Origin: an uncultured delta proteobacterium
GTDB taxonomy: Bacteria; Myxococcota; Kuafuiibacteriia; Kuafuiibacteriales; Kuafuiibacteriaceae
Length of the DNA stretch: 64,000 nucleotides
Direction: 5' to 3'
Assembly (NCBI GenBank): GCA_963803435.1
Contig: CAWDML010000001.1
Location: forward strand, 2,624,001 to 2,688,000
Part shown: piece by piece, positions 9,231-21,019 of the stretch
Layout of the letters: each line of letters begins with the position of its first letter
How positions within the stretch are numbered: position 1 is the first letter of the stretch
Made by a program: the position numbers and the translations under genes
Notes under the pieces: model-generated
What the model was told of the DNA's origin: nothing
The model's input: only the letters and a program-made list of their open reading frames with translations
Database searches by the model: none

Positions 9231-12200
9231 CTGCGGCCCATCGCGCTGCGATCGTACGGGGTGCGAGAGAACTTTGGGGCATCGAGATGTTACGTTCCAG
9301 TTCAGGGAAGCGCCTTCTCATCGACACAATGCTCTTCCATTCTGGAGGCGGATACGCGGCAGCGGCCGCCCTGGTCGAGCGGATCACGCGGGAAAAGGGC
9401 TGGCTCTCGATCGTCAAAGGAACCGTGGAGAACGCTGCTGCTCGCGTCGAGGAATTTCGCACGTCGACCACTCACCCGCTCCCGGAACAACTCCGTGCGA
9501 TGCTTTCGACAGAAGCAGCGCGCAACACCGCGTCGAAACGTTTGATGCGGTTGGCGGAGGGCCGGCAGCAGATCATCGACAAGGAGTGGCTCGGCCTGAC
9601 GCCGAGAGCACCGCGGCAGCCGTTCATGCCGCCGGCTTGACGCTATGGGAGCTCTTCGACGCACCAAGCGAAGCAGCTGCAACGAGTCTCCTCGAATCGC
9701 TGTTCGCGTTTGGCACAAGGAGCGCGTCGATGTTCCCGAAGTTGGAGGTGCGGTGCGTCCTTAGAATGGACACCGTGCGAGTCTGGTGCTCGACGTGCCG
9801 GAACGACTACTGCTACCGGACGCGCCGTTGGACTCCGATCGAGTGCGGCTGACGTTCGAAGGGTACTCTCTCTCTGAATATCCGGCCTTCGCGAGGCGTG
9901 GTGAAGCGTTCGTGTACGTCGGCGGTCCGAGAACACTGAGTCTCCCTGTTGAAGCCGAGTTCCCCATCTCAGTCGTGGCCGAGTGTCGAGTCGGCCAATC
10001 CATCCATGGAATCCAACTTTCCACTGTCGATTTCCTCGACGAGCCGGTGCTCGTCTTTTCTCGTGAGTCTGGTCGGCTGGTCGATTCGTTTATCGCTTCG
10101 CAGTCGGTGCTGCTGGTCGTATGCCCCGGCGCTGAGCTGAGAGCACCCGCAGAGTTCATGCGTCTCACGCTGGACTCCGGCCCTCGCGGCGCCAGCCTCT
10201 ACGAGGCGACGACACCAGCAGACGTCGTCACCGTTCCAAATCAAGAGGACGATGAGGTTCGCGACTGGCCTTTTGGCGCCGCTCGGGAGCCTCTCCGTGT
10301 CGAGGTGCGGGGCCCGAAGATTTCTGACCTTCGAATCGGTCGTCGCCCAGTTTTCTCTTCGTGGCCGAGGTTTTGGATCGAGGCTGCACGCCGGGATGTC
10401 CGCTTCGTCCTCACCGGGCCAGGCGTCACACGTGAAGGAGAGTTTCGAGGTCGCCTGGGAAGCCTGTCCCTCGAGCCTTTCCCCCGGAGCCGTTCGGGAT
10501 GTATCGGTTGGATCTGAGCGCCGATGGACATCGGAGCAGCATGAGCTTCGCCATCGTTCCGGAGTTACGTTTAGCCGTCCATACGGAATCCGGAAACGAC
10601 TCAGCTCATTGCTTCCGTGCCTCGGTTCCCGTCACGATGCGTCGGCCAGACGGAGCCGAGGAGTCGGCTGGGATCCTCGAGCTGCCAATGCATTGCCGAG
10701 GAAGAGTGCCAATCATCGTGAGCTTCCGCCCGGCCGATCGGCCGAGCATGCAAGCGACATGGCGTCCGGTGATCATGTCCGTAGGTGCGATGATCGTCAT
10801 CCGCGCGGGTGTCAGCAGCAATCGGATGCCATTGGCATCGATGTTCGACAGCTCGGAGAGGAACTCGCGTCAGTTGCCTCGGCCCACCCAATACTTCGGT
10901 CACCGTTCGATTCCGAGAACGCCGAATTTGTGTCCCGCTGGATTCACATGGAACCGGATTTGTTCCCTGGCCGATTCTCCGCACGTCGCTTCTGCGGAAG
11001 TCCCGCGCGCGAGTGACGCTCGAACTGCAGTGGGACAACGGACACGTCGACGAACTCGGTCCACTTGTCGATCCTCGTAGAACACCACCACGCGTCGCAA
11101 TCGTGGATTCCCTCCCTTGGCGGTTGAGATCAGCCCCCGGCTGGTCTGGCGACCGGCGACGTCGAGGCTCACCTTCTTCCCGGACGAGCACCATGGGATG
11201 ACTCCTATCGTCTTGCGCGCTGCGCATGAGCATTCCCGCGAAGGCCCTGAGTCGGGTGGGACGCTACTCGAAGCCCACTCTTTCACCGATGAGCCCTTGC
11301 CTCCCGGCTGGTATTACGCGGCCCTCGTCAGCGACGGCCAACCAATCAGTGCGCTGTCTGCGTTTCCGATCGGCGCGGGATCGGAGATCGGCCGCCGCTC
11401 GGACATCGTTCAAGCGGCGTCTAAAAAGGCCTCTCCGCCGTAGATTCGGCCGCATTGACCGGACTCGTTCACAACCTTCACAGGTTCGGAGTCGATTCGA
11501 TCCAAGAGGCCCGCGTGTTGGTCGATCTGGCCAGCAAAGCCCGCATCGCGGCGTACCTTCAGGACCCAGCGAACGAGCGAGACCCGATCCGATGTGTCTT
11601 TGCGGCCCTCGACATCCCGCTAGCCGCGACTAAATACGCCGACTTCGACGAATGGGCCATGGCCGCTGCTTCCGACCCCACCAAGCTCGCCCGGTCTCTA
11701 CGAGCGCTCGATGACGCGCGTGCCGGCCTGGTCATTCCCGCTTGGATATCGATCGATCGGCTTCAAGAAGCGCGGCCCGAGCACCTCCTCTCCGAGGTGG
11801 CGCCAATCCTGGCGACATCGTCCGAGCTCGAGGCACCAGTGCAACCGATCGATCATGCTACGCTCGATCGACTACGAACTCCCGGTGGCGCTACGCCCGA
11901 CACGCTCCTCGATGCCTCCGTGAACTCGCGCATTGCTCGAAGCTCGCTTGCGAGAGGACGACATCCGCCCTGCACTTGCGGGCCAACTCTGCCGATTGCC
12001 GAACGAGTTACCGCCAGAGGCAGAGGCAGTCCTTCACCAAATTGAGAACGACAGGTTGCCATTGCTCCAGGAGATCGAACGCTCGGTCTTTCGGTGTGCT
12101 TGGTGGGTTCATATGTGGCGGACCGGATTCAGATGCCGCCGGACCTCTGGAGGCACGTCGAGCTCCTATCCGATCTCACGCCGCGTTTGCTCGACTATTG

Positions 12201-12683
12201 GCTGAACCGCCTTGCCCTCCTGCGACCTGCGACGGGACTATCGAAACCGAGTCTCCCGACGGAAGACTCGACGAGCCATACTCGAACGACTGACGAGATT
12301 CCCGTGGACTCCGCGCCTGTAGAGGCCCGTACGGAGCCGATCGACGTGTTGGCAGAGCTCCGCCGCCTCCGTCCCAACATCGAACGCTCGTCCTGCCGAG
12401 CATGTGGAGCGGACAAAGGCGTCACCTGGACGACGAAGGCATCGTGCTGACCTGCATCTCCTCCAACTGTCGCGTTCGAGAGCGAGTCTCCGTGACCGCA
12501 CTTCAGGAACTCGCCGACCGCATAGGAGCTTCGTGTCATGCCTGCGGGAGACAAGAGCTCGTCAGCGTCTCCCGGCCATATGCCAACATCCTAATCTGCA
12601 GGATCCCGTCCTGCGCTTCCAACAATCGATGGAGCATCTTGGTGGCACGGCTGGGCCGGCTCGGGATGTCGACAAAGCGATGA
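9227..12683 (+). pseudogene. Multiply frameshifted large protein (DruH-like?) with C-terminal Cys-pair zinc ribbons
   Basis: Overlapping protein-like segments hand over between frames (ORFs 9287, 9139 C-part, 9786, 10499, 10809 C-part, 11117, 11455, 11933, 12094, 12402). It ends with CRACG/CISSNC/CHACG/CRIPSC, and the final stop overlaps the helicase ATG. Confidence 0.5.
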
Positions 12684-15600
12684 ATCAAGCAGAACGATAT
12701 CAATTCGATGCACACGCCGCGTTCAATGCCATGCGCGAGCGATACCTCGAATTCCTCCTAGAGACATACTCGGTACACTCCGAGCCGCTTCGTTCGATGT
12801 TGCGGACAGCATGGTCCACTTCCCAAATCGGATCGCTTCAATTGATCGCACCGCTCTTCGTTCAAGGCGTGTTTCCATATGAAAAGGGACCAGATCTCCG
12901 CGACCTGGGTGGAGAGATATCAGCGGGGCCCAGCAGTGGACTTCACCCTCGAACCATCAAACTGCTCCAGAATGCGGGATACGATTTTCGTCTGCATCAG
13001 CACCAGGCGCGGGCTGCGCAGGCCGTCGCCGAGGGAAGGACCGTCATTCTCTCGGCTGGGACGGGTAGCGGCAAAACCGAATCCTTTCTGATCCCGATCA
13101 TCGATCGCCTATTCTGGGACCATGAGCAAGGGCTCGACGATCTACGGCAACCCGGTGTGCGGGCCGTTGTGATTTATCCACTCAACGCGTTGGTAAACAA
13201 CCAGGTCGAGCGCTTGGTCGACATTCTCAAAGATCAGCGCGATATATCTTTCGCCTATTATACGAGCCGACTGCCCGAGACCTGGTCCCGAATCCGTACG
13301 CGGTGTGAGAGCCCGGAAAGCCGCTACCGCCAACGTGTCAGATCGTCGATCGCAAGACCCTGCGCGGCTTAGATGCGCACACCGATCGAGCCAACGGACC
13401 ACCGCACATCCTGCTCACAAACTTCAGCATGCTCGAGTACATGCTGATTCGACCAATCGATCGAACTATCTTTTCGCCAGCAGCGATCGCTTTCAATGGA
13501 CGACCGCGACTTCGATTCGTCGTGTTGGACGAGGCTCACGTCTATGCGGGAGCGCAGGCCACAGAAATCCACATGCTTCTCCGAAGAGCCGCCGAGCGCT
13601 TCGGAACGAGGCTCGAGATGTTCAAGGGATTGCAACTTCTGCATCGCTTCCTCAGGGGGGTCTCGAGAATGGCCAAGAGACGCTCACCCGTTTCGCTGCC
13701 GAGATGTTCGCGAAGTCGAGCGAGCGAGTTTCGATCGTTCTCGGCCGTCGCCAGCTGCCTCAGTTGAGCGGTGAATCGAAGGGGCCACGCTTCGTCCGCC
13801 GACTTCTCCAGAATTCGCGATCGTTCCGCCCGAACTAAGGACCTTGGAGCTCGATGTAGAAGGCCGCCCGACGGCCCTCATCTTGGACGCAGACTTCGCT
13901 AGCAGGGCCGTGCAAGCTGCGATGGCGCTCGGGATCGGGACCACGGATGAAGCCGCGATTTTGAACGCGAACGTGCGAGACACACCGTCTCTCGTCCTGC
14001 ACGCGCTGCTCAGCTGCAACGCAAGCGTCCGGGCACTTCGCCAGTTCTTGTTCAATCGGGATACGAGCCTCGCAACAATCGACGAGGTTGCCGATGTTCT
14101 CTACGGACACGAGCCGCCCAGCGAGGCCCGACGCGCGGGAGCATCCGCCATCCTCGCACTCGGCGCGTTGGCGCGCCAAAGCGCAAACGAGCTGCCGCTG
14201 GTGCCGGTCCGAACACACGCATTTGTTCGAGCGCCTGTGGGAGCTTGGGTTGTTCCAAAGAGTCAGAACGGTGGCGACGGATTGTGGCCTGGGGTACGGT
14301 GCATGCCGATCCGCCCGGTCCTGAAGCCGACGAAGAAAATAGCTGGAGTTGTTCCTGTGCGTTGAATGCGGTGGGCCCACGCCCATGGCATGGACGGAGC
14401 GAGAGCCGGGATGGCAGACCGAAGTACTAGTCGCGTCCGGAGCAGGAGGAGGATCGCCAGTCCTGCTGTGGCGTGACCAGGCTGGTGCCGAACAACTTCC
14501 GGTCGCGTGGGGTGGTGGAAAGGCTACGTCCGCGGCGGCGACTCCGACGAAGCGCGGAAGATACGAGGCAGAATGCAAAGCATGTGGCCGCAAGAGAGCG
14601 ACCTTCACGCGCATCGCGCTGAGCCCGCGAGCTGCACTCGGAGCCCTCATTGACGCCATCTATCCCTATCTCGGGGCCACACCGCAGCAAGATGGAGGCA
14701 CAAAGCGGCCGGGCGGTGGTCGCAGGCTCCTCACTTTTTCTGATAGTCGGCAAGAGGCTGCTCGTGTCGCGACTCGCGTAGAGGAGACCCACGACATCGG
14801 CCTCAATCGTCAGATTCTTTGGCGACTGCTCGAGGGCCAGGCCGAGATTCGGGTACGTCAGCTCTTGGAGCTCATCGAAGACTTTCACAGTTCCTCAAAG
14901 AGCGCGCCGCAGCGAATGCGACGGGTGCCGAGGAGCGGGAGGACTTGGCGAACTTGTGTGTCTACCAGGAACTCGCGCGGCCACCTGCCCGCGGATGGAC
15001 GCTTGAGACACTTGGATTGGTGGAGGTCGTGTATCCGGACCTTCCGCCGGCTCCGACCGAGCTGGCCGGCCTCCTGAGCGATACAAAATAGCTCGCCTTC
15101 CCGAGCACTGTGCTGGACGATGCGCGGCGGCGAGAGGGGTCGTGCGACGTCCGAAAATCCCTCGCAGGGGGGCTCCGCGACCGGCAGCTCCATCAACTTC
15201 TCCCTCCGACTCATCGACAAGCGACTTTGCTCTACCACCGCGTCGATTTGACGGAGGACGGAGAGGATGACGAGCAGATGGAGAATGAAGGCTCCGATTG
15301 TGCGCCCTTCGTGCCAAGTCGCAATCCACCGACCGGAAAGGAGTCGCGTCTTTTCCTTTGCGGCTCGGGTTTCAGCATAGTTCGCAACGGATTACGGTCC
15401 TCTCTCAGCTCCTCGAGATGGCGTGGCGCGATTCCGTCGCCCCACCGCCAAGAGGACCGAGTGGATCTCGATTCGCCGAGGAGAGTCCTGGGCAAGAACC
15501 GGATCTCAGGATCGATCTCCGATATCTCCGCCTGCGCATTCATAAAGTTTCCCCTGATTATTGCGTCTGATACCGCGCGACCGCATTTCCTGCGCCGTTC

Positions 15601-17870
15601 GTGGCATTGGTCCCGATCGGAGGCGCGGGGGCAATTTGCATCCGCCCAATACCGAGGAGATCGATCGTCGGCGTGGAAGCAGCGCGGTCCGCCGAGTACT
15701 CGACGAACCTCCGCTCGGCCTCTGGAGCGTCGAAGGGGACTGCTCGGAGCTCGACGAAGAGGAGCTCGAGGAGCAGGAGTTTTCCCCTCCTGCAAGGGCA
15801 AGAGCCGGCGGCCGGTGTTGTCCACAACGCTTGAGCTCGGCGTGGATATCGGGTGGCTTGAGTCTTGTCTTCCTGACAAACGTGCCGCCCACCTCCTCAA
15901 GCTATCTACAGCGTGCCGGACGCGCTGGTCGAAGAACAGACGGCTCGTCCATGGTCATTACGCTTGCTCTTGCCCGCCCTCATGACCAACGGGTGTTCAA
16001 AGACCCACGCGCATTTCTCGGCTCACCCGTGACCTCACCGTCGGTTCGTCTTGATCTCGAGTCTGCCGCCGACTCGCCACGTGAACTGGGGCCTGCCCGT
16101 TGTGCCTTCTTCAAGGAAGTTGGACGACCCGGTGAACGTGGGAACCCAATGTGCTGCTTTCGGTACTGGTCGACGACTTCATCTTCGCTCCGATCGGCGA
16201 AAGAGGTGGTATCCGCCCGGAGGCTGGCGAACGTCTTGAGCTCTCAGAAGAGCGATCGTCTCTGCGGACGCGGGTCCACTCCGTACCCGTTGAGTCGACT
16301 CACACCAGAAGGAGCGTATGCAGCGCGCATCGCCAGGCTTACCCGCGGCACGGTTCTCGAAGATGCTCCGCTCGGGAAGGTCGCAGCCGATTGTGCGCGA
16401 ACTCTGATGCGCCTGTCGTGGTCGCGAGACATGACCACGGCGTCATCACCGACAAAGTCATCGACCAGATGGCCAAAGGAGAAGGAGCCAGGGATGGAGC
16501 GGTTCCTCGCCGCTCTCAAGCATCAGGAGCGCGCCATGCTTCGCGAAACGCTGATTGCCTTGCCGGCCCGAGGCGACTTCCTTCCTCGCTTTGGTTTTCC
16601 GCTGGACGGAGTCCAACTGGAAACGAATTGGGAGCCTCCGCGGCGTCAAAGGGACGCCTACGGAACCCGGGACAACTCGCCCTCAGAACCCGAAGCTGCC
16701 GGGCTCCGCATGGAGCGGCCGCTCGATTCCCGCACTCAGCGAGTACGCTCCGGGGAGAAGACCTCGCGCGAAAGCGCGTCTATCGTGTCGCCGGCGTCAT
16801 TCGAAACTGGCTGTCCGACGAGGAGTCGGTTCGTCGTCACTACTTCGTCCAGTGTGTGAAATGCGGAAACGCGGAGGATCGGAATGTACGGTCGGAGGCC
16901 TGCCCACTCTGCGGGCATCCGACAGTGGAAGCAGAACGATTCTTAATCGAAGCAGGAGTAGCCCGTCGAGGGAGCCGGGGCCGGAAGAAGGAAGCACCGA
17001 TTCCGTCGTTCTCAGACGCAAGACCGATACGCGAGTTCCTTCAGCCGTCGGCCTTTGCAGTGAAGCTTGGCGTACCACCACGTCGTCTGCGCGGACAGGA
17101 GCTTGCTACCTTGCCTCCCGCGCGAGTGACCATCTCCTATTCAGGCGCGGGACAGCCGGTCGACGTCTTGCCTGGAAGCCTCACCGTTTCCTTCCTCCGA
17201 GGCGCTCGTCTGTTTGCGCGATCCAGGGTCGGAGCCCGTTGGGTGGCCACGGATATGGATATGCGATCTGCCGATGGTGCGGTTTCGCGGAGCCCAGGTC
17301 GACTGGGGGCAGTATCTGCCGCCCGAGTATCAAAAACACAAGCGCCTGCGCGGATGAAGCCCTGCGAACACCCGGAGCAAGTCTGGCGGCATGCTGTGCT
17401 GGGCACGTCCATCATCGTCGACGCGTTCAGAATCCGGCTCTTGGGCACGCTTGCGCCCAAACTCGGTCGTGACGGCGATAGTTTCGCCCTGACGCTCGCT
17501 GCGCTTTTCGCGCAGGTGGCAGCGCGACGGATCGGATCCATCCACGCTTGCTCAAGGCCCTGGTGTCGAGCTTCCGCATCGACGATCAAACCCCGGTATC
17601 GCGCCCCGAGATCGGCACCAGTCGGTGCTATACGAGGAAGCGAGCTCTGGCATCCTGAGTGCGCTCTTACCCAGCGCGCTCGAGCTGCTACCGGAGACCA
17701 TCCGACTTACCGCAGATGGAGATGACGATTGGTTCATCCGATTCGACACTCGGTCTTGGCGATCTCGGGCAAGCTGCGGCCCGATTTGGTGCGTCGACAC
17801 TTCGCAGTCCCCGAGCGGCAGAGCATCTTGTTGACGATGCCGCGACCCGGGTCGCAGGGCCCAGCGCTCG
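12680..17870 (+). pseudogene. Large DEAD/DEAH-box SF2 helicase (DruE/DUF1998-type), multiply frameshifted, 3' end uncertain
   Basis: Ordered motifs across frames: LHQHQ, AGTGSGKTE, YPLNAL, LLTNFSMLEYML, LDEAH, IATSASL, LLTFSDSRQ, STTLELGVDIG, YLQRAGRAGRR, LPRFGFP; Cys pairs CVECG, CKACG, CVKCG, CPLCG. Confidence 0.8.
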
Positions 17871-17872
17871 AT

Positions 17873-17891
17873 CGCGCCATATACGCGCCAT
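17873..17891 (+). repeat. Tandem 8-mer with 11-bp period (CGCGCCAT-ATA-CGCGCCAT), possible integrase arm-type site
   Basis: Seen directly; 14/19 identical to the reverse complement of 22947..22965. Confidence 0.4.
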
Positions 17892-17988
17892 GAGCCTGCG
17901 GAACGCGACGGAACCCTGATGGTTCCGGAAATTCTGCTGCCTCCCGTTCCGGAAATTCTGCTGCTTCGAAGCGAAAGGAGCGAGCAGG

Positions 17989-19219
17989 ATGATTCACGCG
18001 TTGATCTTGGCCATCATGGGAGCGCTGATGCCGATTCGGGGTTCGAGCGGATACGGGAACGGGGACATCATCCCGCTCCTCAAACGCCACGAGATCCAGG
18101 TGCTTCTCAAGGCGGGCTTCTCGACCCGAGACGTCGCCGAGCGCAGCGGCACTTCAATCGACACGGTGAGACGGGTTCGACGCGAGGCCGATGTCGAGCA
18201 GACGGATGACCGCGCCTTGCGAGCGGAGCGGAAGATCGGCCGACCCTCGAAGGCGGCGCCGTTCGCGGACAAGGTGAGGGCTTGGCTCGTGGAGGATCGA
18301 GGCTGCCCACGCAGGAGCTTCTCCGGCGGGGGAAGGACTCGGGATATGGCGGAAGCAAGACTGCGTTCTACGCTTTGGTCGCGGGTCTCAGGCCCCCGAA
18401 GGCGACTCCGGTCGTGCGCTTCGAAGGCCTGCCGGGCGAGTTCTCGCAGCACGACTTCGGTCACGTCGACGTGAAGTTCGTCGATGGTCGCAAGCAACGG
18501 ATCCACTTCTTCGCCTCCCGCCTGAAGTATTCGCGGTTTGCGCGAGTCACCCTCGTTGAGGACGAGCGTGTCGAGACGATCGTTCGCTGTCTCGCTCGGG
18601 ACTTCGTGGCGTTCGGGGGCCTGCCGTTGATGGCGGTCTTCGATCGACCGCGTACCATCGTCAAAAAGGCGGGCAGAGGTCGTGACGTCGAGGAGTTCAA
18701 CGCCACCTTTGCTCAAGCCATCGTCGACATCGGCGTCGGCGTCGAGATGTGCGCCCCGAGGAGCGGCAACCAGAAGGGGTCCGTGGAGCGGCTCGTCGGT
18801 TGGGTGAAAAGCTCGTTCTTCAAGCACCGCAAGTTCCAAGACATGGAGGACCTGCGGACGCAGCTCGATGCCTGGCATCTCGAGGTCAACACGAAGACAC
18901 CCTCGCGAGCGACGGGCGTGATTCCGGAAATCCGGCGTCAGGAGGAGCTCGCCCGTCTTCGACCCATCAAGGTGTTTCCGGAAACGCTCGCCTTGCGCAT
19001 GCCCATCTTCGTTGGACCCACGGCCGAGGTCATGTTCGAGGGCGTCGCGTACTCGATGCCTCCTGGGGCGACCCACGTAGCGGGGACGCTCTTCTTGTAC
19101 GAGGACCAGGTTCGCATCGTCGCAGGCCGCTTCGAGTGCGAGCATCGTCGACGAAAGACCGGCGAGCCACCTTCGCCGTTACCTGAGCATCGTGCGGCCA
19201 AGATCGCCGCGGTTCATGG
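17989..19219 (+). pseudogene. istA: Outer IS21 transposase IstA, N-terminal part (frameshift near 18300; cut by nested IS)
   Basis: HTH then VRFEGLPGEFSQHDFG, SRLKYSR, FDRP, QKGSVERLVG (IS21 DDE). Start codon uncertain. Confidence 0.85.
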
Positions 19220-19237
19220 TGCGCGTATCGCCCGATC

Positions 19238-19390
19238 GTGAACACCGAGATCGGGGCATCGTGAACACCGAGATCGCGGCAACGTGAACACCGAGATCGG
19301 GCATTGTGAACACCGAGATCGGGCAACGTGAACACCGAGATCGGGCATCGTGAACGCCGAGATCGGGCATCGTGAACGCCGGGATCGGGC
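19238..19390 (+). repeat. Seven tandem 22-23-bp repeats (GTGAACACCGAGATCGGGCATC) at the inner IS21 left end; transposase-binding array
   Basis: Units start at 19238, 19261, 19284, 19306, 19328, 19350 and 19372. Two inverted copies (GTTCACGATGG) sit at the right end, ~21808-21842. Confidence 0.85.
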
Positions 19391-19457
19391 CCCTTGTCGC
19401 TGAGGGGTGACGTCAGGCCGTCGTTTCTGCCACCGAGCGCCTCAAGGAGGCGATCGG

Positions 19458-21005
19458 ATGGCGATGGAGCGACTGGTGGTGAGAAAGATACGGGAAGTCC
19501 TTAGGCTGAGATGGAGCCTCGGACGAAGCACTCGGCAGGCCGCCTCGAGCCTCGGTGTGAGTGTCGGAGTCGTCGCGAAGACGACAGAGCGCGCTCGGAA
19601 GGCCGGGCTGGACTGGGCTGCGGTCGAGGGCCTGGACGACGCAACGCTGGAGCGACGGCTCTACGGCGAGCCCACGAAGCCTGGAGCGAAGCGGCCGGAG
19701 CCGGACCCGGCCTGGATGCACCAGCAACTGCGGCGTCGAGACGTGACGCTCGAGCTGCTGCATCTCGAGTACCTCGAAGAGCATCCGACCGGGCTGCAGT
19801 ACACCGCGTTCTGTGATCGGTACCGGGCCTGGAAGAAACGGCTCGGGCTCACGATGCGCCAGGAGCACAAGGCCGGGGAGAGGATGTTCGTTGACTTCTC
19901 GGGCAGGCGACCGCGAATCGTCGACGAGCGTAGCGGTGAGGCTCGAGCGGTCGAGCTCTTCGTGGCCGTCCTCGGCGCGTCGAGCTACACGTACGCGGAG
20001 GCGACCTCATCGCAGCAGCTCGCTGCGTGGACCGCTGCACATACGCACGCGGTGGAGTACTTCGGCGGTGTCGCTGAGATCTGGGTCCCGGATCGGTTGA
20101 AGAGCGCGGTCTCAGGCTCCGATAAGCACGACCCTACGATCCAAAGAACGTATCGCGACCAAGCGCGACACTACGGCGCGATCGTCATCCCCGCACGTCC
20201 CTATCGCCCCCGGGACAAAGCGAAGGTGGAGGTCGCAGTCCAAGTCGCACAGCGCTGGATCCTTGCGCGAATTCGGAACGAGACCTTCTTTTCGCTGGAG
20301 GCGCTGAACGTGCGGATCGGCGAGCTGCTGGAGCAGCTCAATGATCGCCCGCGGAAGCACCTGGGGGGCGTCTCGCGACGTGAGCTGTTCGAGCGGATCG
20401 ATCGTCCCGCGCTGAAGCCGCTGCCGGCCATTCGCTTCGCTCACCACGATTGGAAGACGGCGAAGGTGAACCTCGACTATCACGTGGAGATCGATCGGCA
20501 CTGGTACTCGGTGCCGCACGTGCTGGTGCGCGAGACCGTCGAGGCTTGCTTCACCACGATGACGGTCGAGCTCTTCCACCGAGGACGCCGGGTCGCGTCG
20601 CACCTGCGGAGTCACACGGCCTACGGTCACACGACGGATCCGAGCCATCGGCCACCGAACCACCAGGCATGGGCGGATCGGGATCCTGGCGGTTTGCTGC
20701 GATGGGCCGTCGAGACGGGCCCGAGCACGGAGGCGATGATGAGGCGGATCTTCGAGAGCAACCCGCACCGCGATCAAACGTGGCGCTCCGGACGTGCGCT
20801 TCGTCGTGTCGGCGAGAAGTACGGTCCGGAACGGACCGAGGTCGCGTGCGAACGCGCTCTGCGATTCGGTGCGCGCTCGTACAAACCAATCGAGAGGATG
20901 CTCAAGCAGCAGCTCGATCTCCGCCCTCATCCCGACGACGACGAGACCGCCGTCGAACCGATCCGTCACGACCAGGTCCGTGGGCCTGGCTACTACTTGA
21001 ATTGA
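19458..21005 (+). CDS. istA: IS21 transposase IstA (inner element)
   Basis: AAGGAGG RBS; MRQEHKAGERMFVDFSG, VPDRLKSAV, RDKAKVEVAV, C-terminal VRGPGYY. Confidence 0.95.
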   Translation: MAMERLVVRKIREVLRLRWSLGRSTRQAASSLGVSVGVVAKTTERARKAGLDWAAVEGLDDATLERRLYGEPTKPGAKRPEPDPAWMHQQLRRRDVTLELLHLEYLEEHPTGLQYTAFCDRYRAWKKRLGLTMRQEHKAGERMFVDFSGRRPRIVDERSGEARAVELFVAVLGASSYTYAEATSSQQLAAWTAAHTHAVEYFGGVAEIWVPDRLKSAVSGSDKHDPTIQRTYRDQARHYGAIVIPARPYRPRDKAKVEVAVQVAQRWILARIRNETFFSLEALNVRIGELLEQLNDRPRKHLGGVSRRELFERIDRPALKPLPAIRFAHHDWKTAKVNLDYHVEIDRHWYSVPHVLVRETVEACFTTMTVELFHRGRRVASHLRSHTAYGHTTDPSHRPPNHQAWADRDPGGLLRWAVETGPSTEAMMRRIFESNPHRDQTWRSGRALRRVGEKYGPERTEVACERALRFGARSYKPIERMLKQQLDLRPHPDDDETAVEPIRHDQVRGPGYYLN

Positions 21006-21019
21006 GAGAGAAGGAAGAA

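Noticed and set aside
1-17870. Calling the island DISARM, BREX or Dpd
   Set aside because: No methyltransferase, PglZ, standalone DrmB/DrmC or dpdA is visible in the window. Genes upstream of the window cannot be excluded.
19238-19390. Possible CRISPR array or iterons
   Set aside because: Units are contiguous with no unique spacers, no cas or rep gene is nearby, and the same motif occurs inverted at the other end of the IS21.
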